From positions 9,285-73,284 of IMG/VR virus record IMGVR_UViG_3300025767_001290: 64,000 nucleotides of DNA; one strand, written 5' to 3'. This document shows, one piece after another, positions 58,001 to 64,000 of the stretch; within the stretch, counting starts at the first letter, position 1; each line of letters opens with the position of its first letter. Source of the stretch: a virus. The notes beneath the pieces are model-generated. The model had not been told where the DNA came from and did not search any database. It worked only from the letters and a program-made list of their open reading frames with translations. A program made the position numbers and the translations under genes.

Positions 58001-58043
58001 CGGTGACTTTGGCTGAAGATCTTGTATAACTACCTTGTGACAT
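55035..58043 (-). CDS. gp5: Baseplate hub/central spike, gp5/VgrG-like, with C-terminal M15 peptidase domain
   Basis: OB-fold YGMWMVPPDVGSRVLVIF...YWIGC; RTRTGHQI; beta-helix repeats; PTHEP; then SCHASGAAID...WGGAW..DAMHF (M15 Zn motifs). Confidence 0.82.
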   Translation of the reverse strand: MSQGSYTRSSAKVTEVYDSGPYEAIIVNHLDTKYMGGLEVEIIRYTGAGGTPERSGQLMNVRYLSPFYGVTPTAGLTANDGYENTQKSYGMWMVPPDVGSRVLVIFAEGNANFGYWIGCIPDDYMNFMVPDGRASTQRTTEVTPQNLKGAKLPVGEYNKKIEDGTLIDPTLFNKPYNKDFTNILEVQGLLYDEVRGTTTTSARREIPSSTFGINTPGPLDKRAGAPRVDIGAAGKKANVPYNRLGGSSVVMDDGNDKFIRKTHAEDGPPLYVNKLSGEEGGDETIPHNELMRFRTRTGHQILLHNSEDLIYISNSRGTAWIELTSDGKIDIHAQDSISVMTENDINFTAERDFNIEAGRNINMKASARWSDGQAVFDDKPSGRVHIESTFDTRLYAGKDYKLTVKGTSDTSITQGMKTTVGDDYNLHAKKSYYMKADNSVHEKSEHSWYRESGSDISDLSGSTKVLAITDPDIRNGVKYVIVSVGTTDFTAYGSPDNKIGTCFIMANKPGTGTGTVQLVAGTHYIKGSGINIHSSGCGGDLKIFVKGNMETVVEGHSHASVTGEVHLISDANIRHQSADDYSVISAATINNIAAANINTKSDASIFVDAASEINNLSGTAFKNTAGGDFSIGATNTIISGGDINLNGPAAPAASAASSNIDAANIPIIALTATSATKTINATDATPIEPLPTITLPYMFPGALQPVPYDSILTRAPTHEPYMHHENMNPAAFKKEQTDREVPGTLTPSDRIETPDIFNKNKAASTSSRVIVGSGGSSDDFDGGTGDGPVNNDSGSTGPNNAGQSDATFDSSGPEGKLVTIYARKAGLSTQVAEVFAANFQAFLDEFEQVYEIKALGGYAKRQAVGSSSWSCHASGAAIDLNWPNPVFNTFPNGFYKPRPANAPMTDMPSNTLQIANKHGLGWGGAWRSLDDAMHFSAHTSEGGSFRFDRNGKIPKGPSNFNETETPIVDEELGNDLNDPEITDNEANNPGPQNSDGTDNNVE

Positions 58044-58060
58044 TTATTGTTTCCATATTA

Positions 58061-59266
58061 TTAAAAAGGGCCGTTGCCTTGCGACGACCAAGCTTTTGAG
58101 GCAGTTGCTGCGCCGGATGATGCTGCGTTTGCTGCGGCTGCTGCGCCTGTGCTTGCAATTGATGCTACTTGAGCTGCTGTAGCGGATGCATTTTTTGCTG
58201 ATACTGGTGCAGGACACGGTGCTTCTGTAGGTGCAGCTTCTGGCTCTGTAGGTGCATTTCCTTCTAATGCTTGAGTTATTTGTTCAAAAGAAGGTATTTG
58301 AGTTTTTCCTCTAGGATCGGCTGCATCAGGATCGTTTTCATCAGGTTGCGGTATTGCTACTCCTGGAGGTGCTACTCCTATATTTGTTCCAGCTACGCCT
58401 GCTGCGCCAATATTTTGCTCTACATGCGGAGTAGCTGCTGCTGCGCTAGTTCCATGAACCAATATATCTTTAACTTTTTTACCAGTTCTAAAATCATAAC
58501 GGTCATCTAACGGGTCAATTACTTCATATGTATAAACAGCAGAAGCATCTGGTAAAGTTGACGACCCAATTGGTTGAGAGCCAGGTCGTCCTTGACCTGA
58601 AACTGCACCTAATCCAGCGCCTGCTGTTGATCTAGCAACTTGTGTTCTAGGCAAAGTGCCTAATTCTGGCGAAGCTCCACTTGGTCCTGATGGCAATACA
58701 TTAATTGTAGATACCTCTCCAGTGCCGCCGTTTAAAATATCATTTAATTGAGTGAATAAACTATCAGGATCATGATGAGCTTTATTTAAACCATCGCCTG
58801 CATAATAACTTTGTCCTTTATTAACTATGCGAGACTGGCCTTGCATTTGATAAGGAACAGGAATACTAGCAAATTCTTGTGATAATTTAATCATAAATCT
58901 AGGCGTTGTATATGTGCCAGCAATCCACTCGTCTAGTTTTCTATATGTTTTTAAAATAGATAATATTAAATAATCTTGTATATCAGGAGTATATCTTGTA
59001 GTAAGAGGATCGATGCCAGAAACTCTAATTGCTTCTGTTAAAGTTTTTTTAATAAACTGGTATCGACCGCAAGCAGTTGACCGATGTCCTTGATCTAATC
59101 TCTGCTGTTGAAATCTTTGAACTTCTGCACACGTCATTTGTACAAGACTAGGTTCACTTGTGCCAGGCCACAAACTTGTATACGGATCTACTCCGGCAGA
59201 CGATTCGCCTTTTGCAATTAAAGTTAATAATGACCTTTCTTGGTCTGTAATAGTTATTTCTGCCAT
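58061..59266 (-). CDS. Lambda-lysozyme-like lytic transglycosylase with Ala/Pro/Gly-rich tail
   Basis: LIAKGES (catalytic Glu), STACGRYQFI..TL, QD, LSQEFASIP. Confidence 0.8.
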   Translation of the reverse strand: MAEITITDQERSLLTLIAKGESSAGVDPYTSLWPGTSEPSLVQMTCAEVQRFQQQRLDQGHRSTACGRYQFIKKTLTEAIRVSGIDPLTTRYTPDIQDYLILSILKTYRKLDEWIAGTYTTPRFMIKLSQEFASIPVPYQMQGQSRIVNKGQSYYAGDGLNKAHHDPDSLFTQLNDILNGGTGEVSTINVLPSGPSGASPELGTLPRTQVARSTAGAGLGAVSGQGRPGSQPIGSSTLPDASAVYTYEVIDPLDDRYDFRTGKKVKDILVHGTSAAAATPHVEQNIGAAGVAGTNIGVAPPGVAIPQPDENDPDAADPRGKTQIPSFEQITQALEGNAPTEPEAAPTEAPCPAPVSAKNASATAAQVASIASTGAAAAANAASSGAATASKAWSSQGNGPF

Positions 59267-62200
59267 TATATTTGTCTACCGCGTCTAGGAGCAGATGGGA
59301 ATATAGATTGTTGAGGACTAAATGCAAGATCTCCAATCTGTATAACAGGCGCTGCAAATGCTATGTCGTCGCCGCCCGTTGTTGAATTAGCCGGGAATAA
59401 ACTCTGAGACATTGCTAAATCTTCTCCAACTGCTGTTAAATTTGCAACAGCACTTGATAAATTACAAGGATCAGCTGCTGCTACTGTACTATTTACACTA
59501 TTATTTGCAGCGTTAGGTAAACCTGGCGCAGTATCTTTTCCTGATGCAATGCCGCTGTCTGTAGCTGTAATACTTTTTGTAGTTGCAGTTGCTTCGTCAT
59601 CCTGTCCTCTGCGCCTAATCATTTTAAGAGTTTGTGTAAATTTTCCACCGCTAAAACTATTAGTTACTGCCCAAATACTAAACAATCCACTGAACTGAGG
59701 TACTCTTTGAGGCATTTCCATAGTTGCTCCATTAACTTGATAGTCAAAAGGTGAATTAAAATTAACTACACAAAAGATTTCACTTTGTAAGTAGTTCATT
59801 GTTCCGTCATCTAACACGCTTGGATTTCCAGATGATTTACCAACATAATTTCCAGTTTGTTGAGGAAGGAAAAATGGATCTCCCCAAATTTCCATTTCAG
59901 CAGTAACCATGTCAACAGTTTGATTTATTAATGTATTATGAAATTGTTCTGCAATTCTTACCTTTATGTCTCCAGACTCATCACCAGTTGAGTTTTGTAG
60001 ATTATTAGCTTCTTTTGTTTGGGCGCCAGGTTCGGTTTTCTGTCTGCCGTTGTCTTCAACAGCAACTTTAGAACCGGTTTGTTCATCTCCTTTTTGGAAC
60101 GTTGCACTTGTGCCAGGATTTGTAGAAGCACCGTTTTGTCCAAAGTTACCAAAAGCTGTCATAAAGAATTGATTGTTAAATGTTAAATCAAAATTTAATA
60201 CATCTTCGTTTTTTCCTGTGTAAAAATAATTGTATTCTTTAGGTGCTATTGCTTTTAATTGTTGAGTATTTTTTGGACGCTGAGATGTACCAATTTGTTT
60301 TGCTTCATCTGGATAATATTTAATTATACTATATACATAGATTTTGGGTGAAGATCCAATTTGTTTTTCAGCTGCTGAATTTTTATCTAAAAATACTTGA
60401 GTGTCAATTTTAAACCATGTGTTAACACCATTTTCTGATTCTGTAGTAGCTTGTTCTTTTGCCCAGTCACTTTTTTTAATTACTTTTTCAATCATACTAG
60501 TTATAGTTTCACCTTGGCGAAACTGTGTAGTTCTAGCCTTTTCTGCTGGAGCAGTTTCGGCATTACTAACATCTACAACATCACCAAACTCGTCATATGC
60601 AGCACTTTGGTCTGATTGAGCGTGTTGTCCGGCTGTTGCTGTGTTTGTTACTAAATCAGATAATCCAATTTCATTCATGTTGTTTATATCTAATGCATAT
60701 GTTTTCAGTATATTAAATAAACGATCAGGCGAAGTTACAGAATTATTATCAATACCTTGTTGTTTTCTAACAGTACTTTCATCTCCATTATTTTCTGCTA
60801 GTCCTTTTTCTCGACGTTGTTGTTCACCTGAATTAATAGTTAAAGAAGATTGTTCTGTAGCAACTTGGTCTCTTAGGCGGCCAATTAATTCAACCAACGC
60901 ATCAGGAGTTTTTGGAAATGCAATAATGTATCGATCACCTTGTACAATTGTTTCAGAAGTTTCAAGTTCTTGCACACGCTCATTAAATACAGACATAACA
61001 CTTTTTTCGTCGCCGCTTAACACTTCGTGTACTTTTGAACCAACAGAATTAATTTGTACTTTTGATGTTTGTGCATTATCGTCTAAAGCAGATTCACTAT
61101 AAGGAACTGCTTTAACCATATATTCACTGCCTTTAGCTTGTACTGAAAAATCAACTTTAGTAATCATAATCGGAACATATGCCGGTGTTGTGTTAGTTAG
61201 CGTAGAATTTCCGTATTCGTCATAGCCTTTAAATTCAATTTTTAAACAAAACGGAGCATTAACATAATTATTGTAACCTAAAGACGCAGCTGCCCCGATA
61301 AGAGCTTCGATAAAATTTCCCATACTGTATGGCTCAACAACATCAAAGGTTATAGATGTACCTAATGCTACTCCAGTATTTGAATTGGGCGCAATAACTG
61401 CATCAAGATTTAAATTATCAAGATAGTATTCTGCATGACTAGTTTTACCATCTTCTCCGCCTGCTTCTTCTTGAAAAGTAGTGTATCTTTGAGCTAAATT
61501 TCCGCCACCTGATTTAATAATATATTTTTGTACAAAGTCACCGCCTGATCTATACTTACTAGGAAAGTTAAATTCGTCACTATCTAAAATTCCTAATGTA
61601 ATAACATAATTATAATGGTTGTGTTCTCTCAAAGGATTTGGCACTTTACTTGCTGCTGATCCATTATTAACAACTACATTTGCTCCGCCTGAAATGTTTG
61701 TTGAGTCCCACGGAGTTTTAAAATTTAAGTCTAGGTAATCTGCAAATGGATTAATATCTTTAGCAGATTCGCTAAGTTGTCGAATTAAATCAAATTGGCC
61801 GCCGGTGCTTCCGACTAATTGAGATATATCTTTAGCTATCACCGAAATTGGATTATTTATTAATTTTCCAAAATCAGCAAAACTACTTACTATTGAAGAT
61901 AAACCAGAAATATTAAATCCATTAAATATTGATGATTTTTCTGATATTGAAGACACACTTGAACCAAACTGGCTAGATACCTTGCTTAATGTTCCTGCAA
62001 CGCTACTAATTGATCCTAGTGCATTATTAGCACTTGTAAATTTTCCTCCGATGGAAGATTGAAGACCTTGTGATAATGCATCATTTATATTGGTGTTTCC
62101 TAGATTAGAAATACTTTGTATCTGTTGTGATATTGCTCCTGCCGCTGCTGCAACATTACCAATATCAGAAGGGTTAGATATTAAACTATCAAGTTTTCTA

Positions 62201-62460
62201 GGATCAAATGCTTGCCCCGGTACTTTATCTAAAAAAGAACTAAATCCTTTAGCAGAAGCCGAGGCACCAAATGAAGCTAAGTCATTACCTAATGCTCCTC
62301 TAATATTATTCATACTATTAGTTACTGATCCTACAGATGTTGAAATTCTATTTAACTTTGCTGCTGAAGAATTTGCTGATTTTGTAAGGGAATTAACAGA
62401 AGCTATTGCACTATTTGCCTTAGCTACACTACTTGTTATTTTTGAGAAACTAAATGCCAT
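59266..62460 (-). CDS. Baseplate hub protein (gp27-like) with Ser-rich N-terminal extension
   Basis: NPL...Y, FDVVEPYS, YNYFYTGKNEDVLNF, IWGDPFFL...FSGLF....VTNSFSGGKFTQTL; lies between the gp53-like and lysozyme/gp5 genes. Confidence 0.6.
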   Translation of the reverse strand: MAFSFSKITSSVAKANSAIASVNSLTKSANSSAAKLNRISTSVGSVTNSMNNIRGALGNDLASFGASASAKGFSSFLDKVPGQAFDPRKLDSLISNPSDIGNVAAAAGAISQQIQSISNLGNTNINDALSQGLQSSIGGKFTSANNALGSISSVAGTLSKVSSQFGSSVSSISEKSSIFNGFNISGLSSIVSSFADFGKLINNPISVIAKDISQLVGSTGGQFDLIRQLSESAKDINPFADYLDLNFKTPWDSTNISGGANVVVNNGSAASKVPNPLREHNHYNYVITLGILDSDEFNFPSKYRSGGDFVQKYIIKSGGGNLAQRYTTFQEEAGGEDGKTSHAEYYLDNLNLDAVIAPNSNTGVALGTSITFDVVEPYSMGNFIEALIGAAASLGYNNYVNAPFCLKIEFKGYDEYGNSTLTNTTPAYVPIMITKVDFSVQAKGSEYMVKAVPYSESALDDNAQTSKVQINSVGSKVHEVLSGDEKSVMSVFNERVQELETSETIVQGDRYIIAFPKTPDALVELIGRLRDQVATEQSSLTINSGEQQRREKGLAENNGDESTVRKQQGIDNNSVTSPDRLFNILKTYALDINNMNEIGLSDLVTNTATAGQHAQSDQSAAYDEFGDVVDVSNAETAPAEKARTTQFRQGETITSMIEKVIKKSDWAKEQATTESENGVNTWFKIDTQVFLDKNSAAEKQIGSSPKIYVYSIIKYYPDEAKQIGTSQRPKNTQQLKAIAPKEYNYFYTGKNEDVLNFDLTFNNQFFMTAFGNFGQNGASTNPGTSATFQKGDEQTGSKVAVEDNGRQKTEPGAQTKEANNLQNSTGDESGDIKVRIAEQFHNTLINQTVDMVTAEMEIWGDPFFLPQQTGNYVGKSSGNPSVLDDGTMNYLQSEIFCVVNFNSPFDYQVNGATMEMPQRVPQFSGLFSIWAVTNSFSGGKFTQTLKMIRRRGQDDEATATTKSITATDSGIASGKDTAPGLPNAANNSVNSTVAAADPCNLSSAVANLTAVGEDLAMSQSLFPANSTTGGDDIAFAAPVIQIGDLAFSPQQSIFPSAPRRGRQI

Positions 62461-62463
62461 ATG

Positions 62464-62763
62464 TTAAATTCCCATCATTGATTGAAGATTAGAACCTTGT
62501 GGTAGATAAATTTTAGTTCCTGCAATAAAATCAAATACTGGATCTTTAAGAACATCAGGATTGCGTTGAGCAAATATCCACCAAAGTTCTTTTTTACCAT
62601 AAAGATCATTTGCTAATAAGTCAGGTCTATAAGTGTATGCAGTAATTATTTCATATAATATATCATTTCCTGAAACTGGAACTGGTCTAGGAACAAAGAT
62701 ATCTAAATATCCAGCATTATTAATAGGTGTTTTACTGTAAGGGCCGTAAGTTTTACTAGACAT
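62464..62763 (-). CDS. LysM-like baseplate wedge protein (gp53-like)
   Basis: YRPDLLANDLYG...LWWIFAQRN...DPVFDF.AG..IYLP. Confidence 0.8.
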   Translation of the reverse strand: MSSKTYGPYSKTPINNAGYLDIFVPRPVPVSGNDILYEIITAYTYRPDLLANDLYGKKELWWIFAQRNPDVLKDPVFDFIAGTKIYLPQGSNLQSMMGI

Positions 62764-63728
62764 TATACAAATCCTTCAGGTTTGCCAACAAATCCGCCTT
62801 TTGCAAAATCAGTTAAACTAAATCTAGCTTGTGATCTACGTGCGTACTGTGGAGTAGCTGTAACTGTTATTGTTGCCATAGATGGTACAAAATTTTCTTT
62901 ACCATCTACTACACATCTAATGTAATCAACGTCATTAGGTAAGTCAATTGTAAAGTTAGTTATTACAATCGGAATATTATTTAAAACATGTTGACCATAT
63001 CCATTTAGTCTACAAACTACAGGAGGTAATCCTGTAGTTGCATCGTCGCCGCCGTAAAACATCTTAGTTGCAGACCTTAAGAAATGTAATGCTGCTATAA
63101 AATATTGTCCATCGTCTGTTGATTCATTAACAAATTCACCGGTAATAGTAAATGCATCTACTTGACTATTTTCATAAGAATTATAAGGAAAGTTTGTATG
63201 TACAGGTTGTACTTGAGAATAATTTGCGCTGTTACTTACTAACACAGTCGGTGTAAAAGGAAACACCATTGAGTTATTAGTTCCTACTAATGGAGCAAGA
63301 ACTACACTATCTTTCGAAAGTATAGTTGGTACTGAGATTCGGACACGCCAATCAGCATCATTTGCAGCAGTTATATTACTAGAAATTATTGCCTTTGACA
63401 GCTCTCGAGTTGGAGGGGCGGCATTGTATCCTACCTGCTGTGCAGAATTTCCTATCATCCTAAGTGCTGCTCCGGCTTGTGCTAAGTTACCGCCTCTACT
63501 GATAATGCTATCAACTTGACCTATATTATTTTTCATTGAGCCTGCAATATTAGAAATTTGTCCAAATGTATTTGAAAATCCACCCGACGAATCAAAGTTT
63601 TTTACTAAACTAGATGTTCTGTTTAAGCCTGATGTAAAATTATTAATTGTGCTAGAAACTGTTGACACATTACTAAAGGCATTATTAATTTTACTCGATA
63701 GCTGATTAAAGGCACTAAAAATACTCAT
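62763..63728 (-). CDS. Tail tube initiator/baseplate tube-cap-like protein with Ser/Asn-rich N-terminus
   Basis: MVFPFTPTV...ANYS...PVHTNF...HFLRSATKMFYG...PPVVCRLNGYG...PIVITNFT; AGGAG SD; upstream of the gp53-like gene. Confidence 0.55.
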   Translation of the reverse strand: MSIFSAFNQLSSKINNAFSNVSTVSSTINNFTSGLNRTSSLVKNFDSSGGFSNTFGQISNIAGSMKNNIGQVDSIISRGGNLAQAGAALRMIGNSAQQVGYNAAPPTRELSKAIISSNITAANDADWRVRISVPTILSKDSVVLAPLVGTNNSMVFPFTPTVLVSNSANYSQVQPVHTNFPYNSYENSQVDAFTITGEFVNESTDDGQYFIAALHFLRSATKMFYGGDDATTGLPPVVCRLNGYGQHVLNNIPIVITNFTIDLPNDVDYIRCVVDGKENFVPSMATITVTATPQYARRSQARFSLTDFAKGGFVGKPEGFV

Positions 63729-63749
63729 TTTGTTATAATCTCCTACTAG

Positions 63750-63755
63750 TATTTA
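63750..63755 (-). promoter_or_regulatory. Late promoter box CTAAATA heading the baseplate operon
   Basis: CTAAATACTAGTAGGAG, then ATG 63728. Confidence 0.6.
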
Positions 63756-63756
63756 G

Positions 63757-63824
63757 TTGACAAAATTATGTATGTATATTATAATTATTCTTTGGTTGAC
63801 ATTTGTACAATAATAGTTTATAAT
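63757..63824 (+). promoter_or_regulatory. Two tandem perfect sigma70 promoters (TTGACA-N17-TATAAT)
   Basis: P1: TTGACA 63757-63762, TATAAT 63780-63785. P2: TTGACA 63796-63801, TATAAT 63819-63824. Confidence 0.85.
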
Positions 63825-63849
63825 ATATATAACATAACCGGAGATGTAC

Positions 63850-64000
63850 ATGAGACCTAAGAATTATCTAAATAATAAAGACATACTTAAAGAAATACAC
63901 AAATCAAAAAATAAGTTTAATAGTTATATAGAACCAGAGTTTGGCGACTATGACATTATTTTACCCAGTGTAGACAAAATTAATAGACTAACAGTTGCAG
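63850..64000 (+). CDS. Probable gp55-like late-transcription sigma factor (5' part only; absent from ORF track)
   Basis: GGAG SD; MRPKNYLNNKDILKEIHKSKNKFNSY... resembles the Y(V/L)NNK N-terminus of T4-like gp55 proteins. Only 50 codons are visible. Confidence 0.55.
   Translation, partial: MRPKNYLNNKDILKEIHKSKNKFNSYIEPEFGDYDIILPSVDKINRLTVA

Noticed and set aside
2321-62467. Numerous short antisense or nested ORFs in the track (e.g. 4038..4553, 23436..23918, 26944..27618, 60641..61102)
   Set aside because: They lie within long motif-bearing genes, lack recognisable motifs, and are expected shadows of biased codon usage.
51044-63728. Bacterial T6SS or extracellular contractile injection system
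   Set aside because: No Tss membrane complex, ClpV or Afp15-type ATPase; T4-like late promoters, a gp55-like gene and phage-type gene packing point to a phage.
1-64000. Stop-codon reassignment, inteins, introns, tRNAs or CRISPR arrays
   Set aside because: TAA, TAG and TGA all end genes cleanly under the standard code with very high coding density; no splice motifs, homing endonucleases, cloverleaf or spaced repeats were seen by eye.

Overview
AT-rich fragment of a large T4-like (myovirus/jumbo) phage genome with two parts. About 18.7-63.7 kb on the minus strand is a tail-fibre and baseplate region: two modular adhesin-like fibres (2015 and 1280 aa), three paralogous fibre/connector proteins, a 5349-aa baseplate protein, gp6-, gp25-, gp5-, hub-, gp53- and tube-cap-like genes, and two peptidoglycan hydrolase domains. 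A probable gp55-like late sigma factor starts divergently at the right edge. About 1-18.3 kb is a dense island of 20 mostly enzyme genes in two convergent blocks. The plus-strand block encodes a GT-B-like protein, a free SPASM domain, four radical SAM enzymes, a DegT aminotransferase, a QueC-like PP-loop ATPase, a nitroreductase, a carbamoyltransferase and a methyltransferase, with a divergent 2OG-Fe(II) oxygenase at the left edge. The minus-strand block encodes about five glycosyltransferase-like proteins, a UDP-glucose dehydrogenase and an SGNH protein, and follows the tail-fibre genes directly. T4-late-like TAAATA boxes precede both structural genes and several island genes, and four near-perfect sigma70 promoters are present. 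The best candidate for an undescribed system is a phage-encoded glycan synthesis and radical-SAM tailoring pathway, possibly decorating the virion. All protein calls come from motif recognition only; no database searches were run. No tRNA, rRNA, CRISPR array or mobile element was seen.
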